Of a stretch of 64,000 nucleotides of DNA, positions 23,871-36,518 are shown piece after piece (position 1 is the first letter of the stretch; each line of letters starts with the position of its first letter). The stretch is from Torpedo marmorata. Lineage: Eukaryota. The DNA lies in the NCBI GenBank assembly GCA_977017645.1, contig OZ360226.1, forward strand, positions 153,884,001 to 153,948,000, read 5' to 3'. The notes beneath the pieces are model-generated. The model worked only from the letters and a program-made list of their open reading frames with translations, had not been told where the DNA came from and ran no database searches. A program made the translations under genes and the position numbers.

Positions 23871-26800
23871 CTATATTAGTTTGTTATAATTGTTTACTGC
23901 ACATAAGCAATTTCACATTTTACTATTTTAAAAGCTCTGTTTGTAAAATAAACACTCATCCAAAAAAAATGCATTCCAAGGGGTGATGTTAAAACATTTA
24001 AATTTTCTAATTAAAACTAACGTTAAGAATAAAAATCAAGCAACCTGTAAATGTATTTACAATTCACATAATCACTTAATTTATGATTAAATTGTTTCGA
24101 TGTCGAATATTTGTCAAAGTTCTATAATCCGTAATGTTTATCTTTCGAATTAGATATTCACCCTTTAGTCCTATTTTTCTGGGGTTTTTTTTTTGTAAGC
24201 GGTTATTCTAAACACGACAACGCTTCCTTGTGTCTCTGGAGACTGGTTTAGTAAGTGAGACCAGACTAGATCGTTAAGGATGATTGATGGGTCTGAATTT
24301 ACATTCGCATGTATGGGATCAGAGCAAACAAGAAGGAATTGATATGATGAAGAAATATACAGTGAAAGGCACTCATAACTGCACTTTCCACAATATTACA
24401 ATTGTCAAAACATAACCGGTCATTTTAGCGCCATCTCTTTTAAGAATTTATTCTTTTTGCATGAATATTTAAAGCTATACTCACTGCTCAGATGATGTTT
24501 GCAAAAAAAAAATCAAACAGGACCGACGTAATATCGAAATAAACAGTTTCGCGGGAAAATAGGATCTAACTTTACTTTTATTGCTCTGAATGCAGACTTC
24601 ATCCTGCGTAATATTAATTAGTAGCTTCTGTCCGACGTCCCCGCTCCGTTCTCGTTTAAACAGATTTGTCGTTTCCATAACAAAGCAGAATCCCTTCATT
24701 CTGTAGGATCTCCAAGACCTGTTGTATACTTTTGAGTGCCAGTTCAAATAAAGCACGCGGAATTTTCAGGCCGACTTCGTTATGGGCAAGTGTGGTCACT
24801 CTCCCATTTTAATGTGTCAGGACGTTTATTGTGAAAGCTTGTCTGATTGGAAAATATGCTGAAGCATTTCCAAGTCGTTAACCGATGCTTCTGAGCACGA
24901 AGCAGCTCAACGATCGGTGAGTCAATAGAGGCCAAGTACATGTTCGTCTGACCTATTTTGAATTATTTTAGATTTTCACTCTATTTAACACGAAAAGGTA
25001 AGGAAAGAAAGATTACTTCTGATTTAGTGGCTGGGTCCTTTAAAAAGAACTGCCCCGTGCATTTAACACAGTATCGCTGCAGAAACCTCTCCTGTCAGCG
25101 TCGTTTTGTGGGATAACTACAAGACGTGGGTTTTACACAGACGCACTCCGCCGGTACACGTTTTTGACTCTGTGAAGATAACAGGTCTTTTTTTTTTTTT
25201 TTTTTTACCGCCAATGACGTCCTCCTGGGCCCTGTAATTTTCATTTATTAAAATTAATAGACTTTTTGATAAAAATTTAAAATCCTTTTGGTATCACTGT
25301 CCGAACTCTGATATTATCACTGAGGGGGCTTCTTCCAGCTTCAGGGCTTTATTCTTATAGATATGGCAAAAGGTCTCAATTAGTCACAAAACAACTATGT
25401 TTAATCACGAAGGAACGAAAGAAACGCCCCTGACACCAACGTCCTCGTGTAGTTTAGATAATATTTTTCTGCAATTAATATAAACTGTTTTAAAATGGTG
25501 CCTGGTAAACTGCGCTCTTTTTATCATTGTACTGGCCGTGCGTATGTATTAAGTCAGTGTGATTTTCCAATACAGACAATGCATTTTACGTTCAAAGTAA
25601 AGAGCAAAATCTGAAAGGCCTATAAGACTTCAGAACTGAAATTTCTGCTGTATTATTGGTCGGATTGCACCATGTGTATTATGTTGCTCACCCTTCCAAG
25701 GGAAAAGTTGGAGTAACTTAGAGAAGCTGCGCGCTTCTATAAAATCAAGCGTTGTCATTAAAAGCGATTCAAAATTTATAAGCTGGTGCTTGTTCCCATC
25801 TATTTCCTTGAAATGAAATGTATGTGATGCTTTCGTATGAAATACCGACCAGAGCAAATTTTCTGAATAAATATGTTGACTATAGTTTACATTTTCTGAC
25901 GACATATGAGAAGCAAGACTATGTTAAAAAAAGAATGAAGACTGGGGGAGTTCCGTGGTTACACGATGATCCCATCACTTAATATGCTATCAACGAAAAC
26001 AATGTTACTAATTCCACCCGTGCGAGGTGAGTTTACAATCTAGAACGTGGTTGGTTGGCATCGTTGTCTTCCATATGGTTACTCATTTTTCTGTCTTGGG
26101 GTTTCCCACATTTGAATGACAAGGTTTTTATTTCAGTTTTTTGGTCATTTAATTTCAATTTATTTATTCTAAGATAAGTTTAAACCACACAAATGGTCGT
26201 TTCTAGTTCAATATTTCCGATAAAACGTCATCCGTGCAAAGGACTTATAATACTGGGCTGACTCTTTAAGTTTTATCACTAAATAGTGCATAACACCAAT
26301 ATGCTTGCAACTGAAAGGTGGAACATTGCTGAAGAGTGAATGTGGACAGATGTGACCTTGTAGCATTTTAGCGGGTTCAGAGTTAAGCTCCTACTTAAGC
26401 GGACAACTGCAGAAAGACGGTCACCATGGTATCACATAAAGGTGGAATCCGCGATCTCTGGTTTTCCCGCAGTTCTAAGATAGACCTACGGAATCCTTTA
26501 TTGATTGTACCCTTTGATCACTAAGTAACTATCCAGCTAAGTTCTACTGAAAGATCACAAGAAAAAGGACAGTCGCGAAAACTTGACCAAGTTATAAAGA
26601 TCTGAAAGGGAATAATTAAAGACTCAGAGGACTATATCATTTCAGAGCGTGGCACAATTAAAAGGGTCACTTTCGATTATTTTCTGATTTAAACCTATAA
26701 ATTCTCACAATTTATTATGTTTTGTTAATTACCCCAAATATTCAACAAGGTTAAATCTCCAGAATAAATATTCCAATCTTTAAACTGCTGCCGTTAGCTT

Positions 26801-27864
26801 TTCTTACTTTAAAAAGAACAGGAACCCCAATTAAGAATACTATGGACATTTACCAGCGATTTGTGCACCTTCGCTCTATGCTTTTAGCTGGGTGGAAAAT
26901 TTTTGACGTTTGGCAACCTTACAGACTTTGTTTTAAACACTTGGCAATTTCGGTTTTGCCCTGGTGTGTTTCTTCCTGACAAAGAACCATTCGGAGGTCA
27001 TGTGACATACTGATAGGTCACAGTGAAATCTTATTAATACAGGCCGTCCGAAATGCCTTGACTGCCACATTGAAACAGTGAAGGATTTCGGGACTTGTAG
27101 TTATTAAATGGAGGGAAATAATTGTCATGAAAACTTTTGACGCCAATGAACTAAAGATTACTGGGTTTATGTGGGGTGAATTTGAAGCACTGTACTTGCA
27201 GTATAATAACAGGCGTGTTGATGTTCCAACTAAGTATTTTAATTGTAAACCAAAGCAAAACACCGAAAAACAATGGCAAAGAAGACTGCAGATCTCAAGC
27301 TTTACTGGTAAAGTACATGGCACCATTTAAAGTGCTTGTTCCCTTATTAGTTGTTGTTCTCAACAGATATTTTGAAAACTCTGCGGCGAGACCCTGGGGA
27401 TTGGCATCCATGAGTGAAGATATACTGAAGGGCGATTTATCCTTTGATCGTCAGAGATCCACCGGTAACGATCGGCTGCTGTTCTCAGAATCCGCAATCT
27501 CTCAGAAGATCCATTCTAATCCCCAGTCATCGATCTGCACGTTTCGTCTTATTTTACACCGAATCCCTTCGGCTCAAAGTCAATCAGTCTTCCAAAGCAT
27601 CCGAAAGCTCACAGCGGATAATCTAAAAATCGTGACCAACACTAATCTTCTGACACGTTTTATAGGCGTTTGAATGTTTAATTTATGCATTTCTATCGCA
27701 GATAATTGGGATATTTATTTCTACATTGCTCATTTTTTATTTAATGTTGTACAGGTATATTGTTGATGTCATAGATTCATCCAAGCAAATGGCACGCTGA
27801 ACATAAAAAAGGTTTAGAATTAGTTTAGCAACAAGCCTAACATTTCAGAGACACGGAACGCTTT

Positions 27865-28201
27865 NNNNNNNNNNNNNNNNNNNNNNNNNNNNNNNNNNNN
27901 NNNNNNNNNNNNNNNNNNNNNNNNNNNNNNNNNNNNNNNNNNNNNNNNNNNNNNNNNNNNNNNNNNNNNNNNNNNNNNNNNNNNNNNNNNNNNNNNNNNN
28001 NNNNNNNNNNNNNNNNNNNNNNNNNNNNNNNNNNNNNNNNNNNNNNNNNNNNNNNNNNNNNNNNNNNNNNNNNNNNNNNNNNNNNNNNNNNNNNNNNNNN
28101 NNNNNNNNNNNNNNNNNNNNNNNNNNNNNNNNNNNNNNNNNNNNNNNNNNNNNNNNNNNNNNNNNNNNNNNNNNNNNNNNNNNNNNNNNNNNNNNNNNNN
28201 N
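27865..28201. other. Assembly gap
   Basis: N run. Confidence 1.
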
Positions 28202-30659
28202 NGGGTGTTAATTTGATGGAAAGTTACCTGTCTTTACTTTGTTCTCTTTCTTTAGTTGACTGTTATGCTTCTTGGATGCCGCCCTTAATGTTGATAACGA
28301 GTGGATCTCTAATTTCCTTGTTTTACCCATCACTCGGTAAACAGCTGTTTTACTGCCTGGTCGTTTGTCTTTCGAAGTCATAAATTCTCACAATGACTCG
28401 AAAATTTCGATTAACAACTCGCTGCAAATACTTACTAACATGCAGATCATGCTTATGATAATGAAGAACTTATAAACTTTAATGTAGCCAGTAAAACCAA
28501 AATTGTGTAAGTTTTCAAAAAAAGGTGTTGTGCGTGTATTCTTACACTAAACACCTGCCCCAAAGTATCCATAGAAAGAGGAATGATCTACATCTGTTTG
28601 AGGTATGGAGGGACTGTTTCGCTGATCCGCGGGTAATTTTGCCTTGGAACGTCATTGTTGTGATTACGTGACGTGTTGTAAAGAGTGCCATAATAAACCC
28701 GACACTACGGTTAGCTCCTGTCAATTATTACACTCTCCGCTCCATGTTCAGCTCAGCTGCCGCAGTGCCAGGCATAGGTACCGATAATTTTGCCAGCGTG
28801 TGGAATCTCGTTTCCGTTTGAGAGATTTACACAGGTTGGAATGTCTCAAATTTGGGATGTAAAGCAGGAAAGGGATGCTTTACAGAATTGGGGGAAGATT
28901 TACTATTGTATATCAAACACATATTCCCACACAGTCTAACGTGGCGTCCCTGCAAGCTGTCCGGTTGCTGCGTGGTTTTGCTGCAAGTGACAACACGTAT
29001 CCTGAATGATGGACAGCAAGGATTCTAAACATTTTGGAGGTAGCGACATGCACCTTAGCAATTTCCACCAATACAGATCCTTTATTTTCATGTCTTATCA
29101 CCATATTTTGCAAATCTTTGTATATCCCAGTAAAAAGCTGCCGAGTCCTTCACGAACATAACGGTGAAAAACAGCTCTTCGCTCGTTTATAACCAACATT
29201 GATTGCAGCTGTTTATTTGCCAGCTGTAGAACCTTGCTCGATCTACTTCGGCAAGCTACAGAATGCTGCATGTTATTAGAAACCGATCTGGATTTATCTC
29301 CACATTCACGCACACCATAATAAATAGAATGCACGTCTTGTTTGACCTTTGACAAGATTTAAAGACTCGGGAGTAAAATCCTCGTGACTTTCCTGTCGCA
29401 CCGACATCACCCATATGCTAAAAATGAAAGTAATGTGCTGCTGGTTGAAATGCTGGGAAGCGGGCCCGGAATGGACCCTACCAAGCGCCTGAAGAGAACA
29501 GCCGCTCGCATTTTATGAGCGTGTCCCCATCAGTCAATTCGCCGGGCCGAAAGGGATAATTCAGATACGATGCTCATGAGACCGGCTTATTTCAAATTAA
29601 ATCAGGTTGTGAAGGGAAGAGCAGAGGGTGGTGGTAGTGGGTGGGTGTGGGCTGTTGGGGCGGCTCTGTTGTTGGGGAGAGGGCGGGAGTTTTAAATGAA
29701 AGCGACATGAGGGGAAGGGCACAATTGTGTGATCCACGTTTTATGATGGGATTAAACGGGGAGTTCGCCAAAGCGTGTCCAGTGATAGTTAATAGGCAAG
29801 ACGAAGGTGGAACTGAAGGCCGAGGGGAGTTGCAATGACCATTGGAGAGCAGAAGATGGAGATTGACGTAAACACTAGTGTGGGGAGGATTTAAACGTTA
29901 GGTTTGAATCGAGTTTGAAAACAGTACAGGTGCTGCAAAATTATCTTCTCGGCGTTGAGGCTAGCTTTATCATTACAAAGCGAGGGATTGGTTTGCTTTG
30001 CACCTTCTAGGACAAACAGCCCCCTCCCCCCCCCTCCTCCTCTTCAGGCACAACCACGTTGCAAAAAGTCTCCTGTATAATATGTCTAATCGATATTAAC
30101 GTTGTGTCAGGGACGTGCCAGTTGTATACTTCGTCGTACTTCGAATGATGATAATGTTTATCCATTTTTTCTTTTCCCTGGCTTGTAGTTGAAGTGTTCA
30201 TTTACCAACTGAACATGAGTCTTCGCCACTGGTCCTCGCTTGAGGCCACAGTGAGCAAGTATACCGACGGCCCAACCAGTGTGGGTTCCGTGTCATTAAT
30301 CAGACGAGAATGTGGTAGAGAGGACACTGGCCAGCATTGCAACATTTTGACATCATGGCCATTCAATGCATCCGCAAAGTCAAGCCTCTGTGAACTAAGG
30401 ACGTTTGTGATAAAATATATGTTTATTGTTCAACGTCCAAAATATATTTAAATATAAATTAAGATCCTAATGTTAAATTACAGATGAATTCAGTTTTCTG
30501 TGAGTCCCATAAATTCAGATTGAGAACCACACTTTCCACATTCACGTTGAAGCTGCTGTAATCCAATCACATGAAGTATCACGAGTATTACAAACTTGGT
30601 GGAATATTGTTCGAATGACATTACCCTTGACATTGGACGACCAGAATGAATACAAATAT

Positions 30660-30822
30660 AATGCAGTGGTTGGAAATCTTAAATAAAAAACAGAAAATGC
30701 AGGAAACACTCAGACGTGGAAAGGAAAACAGAGCTAAAGTGTCAGATCGAAATCGTCCATCAGAAATGTAAATTCTGTTTCACTTTCCACAAATGCTGCC
30801 CGACCTGTATTTTCTATTTTAT
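30660..30822. mobile_element. Old fold-back Penelope tail fragment
   Basis: Imperfect inverted repeat GTGGAAAGGAAAACAGA / TCTGTTTCACTTTCCAC, plus ATGCTGCCCGACCTG. Confidence 0.55.
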
Positions 30823-33049
30823 CTTCTTTTACAATAGATCACCGAGTCTGCCGTTTTTATGGTACAATCGCCTAATGATGAATGTACATATTAATAATTC
30901 CAATGCAACCTTCATTTAAATTGGCATTCTTTGGCTTTAGAAGGTACGGAATCCATTTGCAATAAACAGTTTCCGTTATAGCTCATGAGCAAGAGGTAAC
31001 ACGGTAAACGTGGCCAACATAATCACACCGTATCCAGATATTGCTCAAGTCTGATATTCGAAGGAATCCCTTATCCTGAGAACTTCAGCTGCTTTTACAC
31101 AATTGGCTATTCATTCTTTAGTGGCTTTCTCATTATTCCAAAGGATTTCCAATAAATTTTAAAATAGGTTAGTGATTCGTGAGAATTAATTAACAACATT
31201 TTATGAAGGCCCTGTCTGTGGTGTTCACTTTTTAAAATAACCCGTTTAAAATATATCTGATTATTAATCCATTTTATGCCAATTAAGTTAATAATAACGT
31301 TTAAATTTTAGATTTAGCCGCAGGGCCTAGCAGTTCGCATGAATACGTCTGATGTTTCCAATATCATTGCAAACCATTGAAGACAATGGGTAAGATGAGT
31401 GCTGCGCTGTGTGGTCCCTGAGAGAGCAACTATCGCATCTGAGGGGAGTGCATCAGGCACAGACTGACGTTCTCCTTCTAATAAGTTTAGAAATCCTTTT
31501 CCCACAGATTTGAGTGGCGACTTCAAATACTAACAAGTCTACCCTCATGTTACTCTCCGGGTCCCAACCCTCTCCGCTCTCTCAACCCTCTTCTGCCCCC
31601 CCAACCCCTCTCTGCGCCGCCACATAATTGAATAGGTTCCTGCAAAGAAGATTGAGGGGCGCCTTTGGAGGTCCCAAAATCTGTTTAAAAACTGTAAGCA
31701 TTCCAACTTTGAATGATGTGGATGTATTTTGTATAAATTAAGCTTCAGTATTTAGATAAGGCGCCTTATAAACAATAAATATCTTGTGACAAAATGCATT
31801 CAAACATTAAAGTTACATTTGGAAACTAAAATGTCAATAAAAGCCTTTCCTTTTCCCGGATGCAAATTTTTCCTTTACTGTATTTTGTACCTTGAAAAAT
31901 CACAGTTTCACCGCCACTGGTAATATCGCAAATGTTTGCGCGCCGTTCGGCTTGTAAGTTGCTCAGGCAAATAAATAGCACTTCATTATAATAACTGTTC
32001 AAAGATCGACATTTCAGTCAAACAAAAAAAAAACATAAAATTAACCGTGTAAATTTACGGATAGTAACAGGCCTTTGTTAGTAAATTGTGGGTTATTGTC
32101 TAATGCCTCAGTCGGTGGAAAGTTTATCAACGGCACTTGGTGATGGTTTTCTGACCAACCTCTTGGTGCATCACTGAGTCAGGGTCATGGCAACATCGTG
32201 ATTCCTGCCCAGAAATCCATTCCAGAATGTTACTAGAAACTTAGTGCAAGGTTACTATTAGGGGATAATAATGACTTTCCGTGAACTGCACGGAAATATA
32301 TGTTTACGTCTATATGATACTATGAAACTATCCCCACATGGTACAATGTATGGTTCTTCGGTCTAGGTCTTTCCAACTCTACCTCTCATATTATCTTCTC
32401 TGCCGTTCTAACTGTATGTACAACTCTGTCACAGGATAACTTGAATGCGAATGTAAAGTTTCTCATGTTCTATGTACCATTTATCACTTTGCATAATGCA
32501 AAAGCAGCTCTTTGCATAACAGCTCTCCATGCACGTGTGGAAAACAGGTTTAATACACCACAAAATGGTATGTTCTCAATAATATCACACCTATGTAAAA
32601 CTATTTCTTTTACATAAATTGGTAGGCCACGCAGATATTTTATTATTTTGAATAACATTGTCATTATAATTTATATACGATTTCCCATACAATAAATACC
32701 GTAATATTCTTTACACTGTTGCACGTCTTCAACATTGCAAATATCATTCTATACATTTCTCAGTGGTTAACCTCTAATTTCCCATATCATACGAATCCAT
32801 TGGGAATGCAGTACAGCACCACTCCCACATAGGAACACAACCCTCTAATGTATAAATTGGAATTTGTCCCACAGGGCTCAAAATATATTCGGCATTTTTG
32901 CAAATAATATGAAATACCGCGTTCCATGTTACATATACCGTCCCTTTGCCGTATATAATACTCGAGGCAAACATTTGTGGTTGGATTGCTTGGAAGCTGA
33001 TTTTCAGTTATGAAGACCTCAGGGCTGTGGGTATTGATGTTTGCTGGGT

Positions 33050-33440
33050 CCACAGAACATTTGAGAGATCCATCATAACTGGTGATAAACACCGTGATAT
33101 TATAAAGCAGTATCTTCCAAAGTTCCCTAAAAAACATTTCACAGAATCTCCACCAGAAACACCGGTCAGACTCACAATCGTTTCGAGCTGGAAGGGGAGC
33201 AATACACAGAAGGAAACTCTTCCAACACCATTCTTTTCTCCGAGTCAAAGACTACTCTGACATTTATATGTGTCTCTCTGTCGGGTTAGTGGGACTAAAT
33301 TCTGGAACTGCCTACCCAAAGGCATTGTGGAAGTGTCTGCAACATAGGCAGCGGCTCAGGGAGGCGAGTCATCATCACCATTATGGATGGACAATACATG
33401 CTGTGTTGGTCTGCGATGCCCTCGTTCAGTATCTGAAAAA
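33050..33440 (+). mobile_element. Old LINE 3' tail remnant
   Basis: CTGGAACTGCCTACC...GCAGCGGCTCAGGGAGGCG...GGATGGACAATACATGCTG, same family as 41690-41830. Confidence 0.5.
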
Positions 33441-33699
33441 GAAAACGTTGTTGCGTGATTTCTAACATGCATTTTCAAACTGTGTTATCACGTCTACATT
33501 GCTCATGAGAGGATGGGCACATTGAGAGGAATGTTACGCCCTGATTATGGCCGCTAGGCAGATAGGCAGTGCAGCGGCAGTGTTGCAGATACATGGAGGA
33601 CATGGTCTCCTTCTACCATTTCACTAGCAGGTGCCCAAAGCGAAATGAAGAAAGTAGCGGCAAGGTGAGGTAATGAAGGAGTTTGCGGCAAGGATCAAA

Positions 33700-33982
33700 A
33701 GATCTGTTGAAATTCTAACATGGAATCGTGGAATTTAAATTCAGTTCATCATTTGGAATAAAAAATACGGATAGTCTAAATCATGATGTCCACCAAGCTA
33801 CCAATCTGGCTGTATTTCATTAATGTCCGTTGGGGAATTGAAGCTGCAATCCTTACCTGGCCTGGCATTCATGTGACTCCAGACCAACAGCAACGTTGTT
33901 TACTCTGAAATAGCCAAGCGAGCAATTGGGGTGGCCAACAACTGCTGCTCTTGCCACTGATGCCCAGATCCTGAAATAAATC
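33700..33982 (+). mobile_element. SINE remnant (same family as 16.6 kb and 55.6 kb)
   Basis: GGAATTTAAATTCA...ATCCTTACCTGGCCTGGC...ATGTGACTCCAGACC...GCAATTGGGGTGG...GATGCCCAGATCC. Confidence 0.65.
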
Positions 33983-35124
33983 AATGCATACTTCTAGATA
34001 ATATACACAATGTAATATAGAGTAAATAGCAAAACTCTTGCATAACATAAAAGTTGTTAAATACATTACTTTGGCGATTTCTCTAAAGAAGATACGACAT
34101 TTGTCCTTATTACACATGTAAAACAGTTTAGCAATACTATTCTTAAAACGGTAAGGGGCGAGATTAGGTAGAGGTAATCGATCCAGTCCACAATATGCAT
34201 TTTGATTGCTCAAATCTTACTCGATTATTGCAGATGATAGAAGTATCACTGACTCACTACATGTATGTGTCTCTTAATGTTCACGCTCAGTACAACGCTG
34301 GTAGCAGTGCAACCCCCATCTCTTAAATCATAAAAACCCACATTAATTGATACAATCATAGAAGGACAAGGAGGCCATTCGAGCTGTCCCATCTAAATAG
34401 GCTTAATTTTCATCCATCTCTATTCCTGCCCTTTTACCTCTACCCTTGCCCACGGAATATGGATTAAAAAAATGAAATAAAGTCACTTAAAACTAAATGT
34501 ATCACTGTGTTAGTTTGGAACATTCATTCAACGATATCATTGAAATACTATGTTAACACAAGTAGGTAAAGACAAATAAACGATAGAGCCCTGCATAACA
34601 ATTATCAACTACTTGATCTTAGTTAACAATTGATTAAAGACTACGAGTTGTCACCATCGCGTCGCCGACTATCTTCTTCTATTCTCAAGTGGGAGTGACT
34701 TCATACTGCAACACAAGATTTGCTTTTTCATATACAATGAAAAATGCACATTTTCCGTGCTACAACAGTCTATTAGATTAAACGAGCAACCTGCATTGTA
34801 TTGCCATTTCTCCACCATTGCTCTTTCAATCATATTCAACATTGTAAATGTAAAAGAAAATAGATGTACCTTTTTACATGCCGAGTTTTACTTACCGAAT
34901 GTAAAACGTTTTTATATAATTTTAGTTAGATATTAGTTCTAGCAGGATTATTCAAGAACATGCTAATGCAATGCATTTGGCAACGTAATTGCAAGTACTG
35001 TATTTACTTGCACGTTGCCTGCTATGACCTATTTGCATTCGGGAATAGGTTGCTAGTCTGGTCCGCCCATTACCGATTCAGCATAATTCGTGTAAATTAA
35101 AGATAGTTTGGCGACTGTGTGTGC

Positions 35125-35181
35125 ATATCTGGCATATCCATGTCTGGCATATCTGGCGTATCCATGTCTGGCATATTTGGC
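35125..35181 (+). repeat. 24-bp tandem duplication
   Basis: ATATCTGGC(A/G)TATCCATGTCTGGC twice plus a partial third copy. Confidence 0.85.
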
Positions 35182-36422
35182 TTTCTTTCGTCAGGTTTGC
35201 AGACATAAGGCTGTCATTTTATGTGGCTAAAGCAGACTAACAAGTTACATTTATTGTCCATTGGTTTCCAACATCACCAATTATTGCTCACCTGTGGCAT
35301 TGCTCTGAGGCTGTATTGATAGAAACCTCTGTAAAACTGATCATGTAAATTTATCCAGACACCAGTCACTCTCATTTGACATTAGTTTTGAATAGTCTGG
35401 GCGTAAACAATATTTTTTACATGCAAAAAAAGTCAAAAAGTTTCAGTCTGAATGCAGAGAGGACCACCGTGTTCTTTGTTCCCGGAAGTGTCAATGAATT
35501 GCTGCTTGACAAATATTTTAAAGAGCTTTCCGATCTCATCGCATGTAGTATCTACTTGGTAAAATAATTGCTCAGTTTGTAGCTCATTCAAACACAATCT
35601 ATTGTTAAGGGTCGTATACACTGCAGATTTCCACTGCTTCCGAGCGATATGGTCAGCTTTCAGAAAGCAGGAGTGACAACCATGATATAGATAACATATA
35701 CTGTAAGTGCTGCAAAGAGTTTTCAGCAAAGCTAGTCACCAATGAGGTTGAGCTCTGTTTTTTTGCAAGTTGATAAGTCGTCCCATTGATTAATACCAAA
35801 TATCATAAGCAAAGAAAGACTAATTTGACACCCCCCCCCTCCCAGCTCAAGATATGCTTATCAGTCTCACAATACTTGAAGCCACGTGATAAAAATAGAA
35901 TACCAGATTACTGTGAAAAATGTGATCCACGGTTCGCTGCCTTCTGATCTTTGGCCAATATCATAAGTGCTGGCAAGTCTCTTGACATAATTTGGACTTC
36001 AGTAACACATATTAAACTCCGTGTATATTTCTAGGCAATAATATTAAGCATATATTTTTCAACTGAAATGTTATGGTTAAATTTAAATTTAAACGAGTTT
36101 TCTTTAAAATATTTGGCAAATTTACTGCTACGATGTTGTTTCTTAGTTTCGCAAAGTGAGGTAGTATATAATGAATTGGTAGCAGAATGGTAGTAGATTT
36201 GAAAGAATAGTCCCAACGCAGTTTTAACCTCATTCCATTTGTACTGTGCAGCTCGGCTTAAAAGTTAAATCTCTCAGTTAACGTATACCAATGAATGGAC
36301 CTGGCTACTGACTGAACTTCATGAGGTTTTCTTATGTGTTGCAATCTCTATCCGGATGTGGATAGTGCTTGAGTGGCTCTGTATGAAAATTAATGTTATT
36401 AAAAGTGAAAAATGTAAGGACT

Positions 36423-36518
36423 GGGGGGGGGGGGGTGGAGGGGGGTGGGGGGTGGGGGGGGTGTGGTGGGGGGTGTGGTGGGGTGTGTGGTGGGGGGTGT
36501 GGTGGGGGGTGTGGTGGG
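36423..36518 (+). repeat. G-rich tract with (GGGGGTGTGGTG)n 12-mers
   Basis: Seen directly. Confidence 0.9.

Noticed and set aside
27018-27673. ORFs of 102-165 aa
   Set aside because: No recognisable domain or exon structure, and consistent with chance
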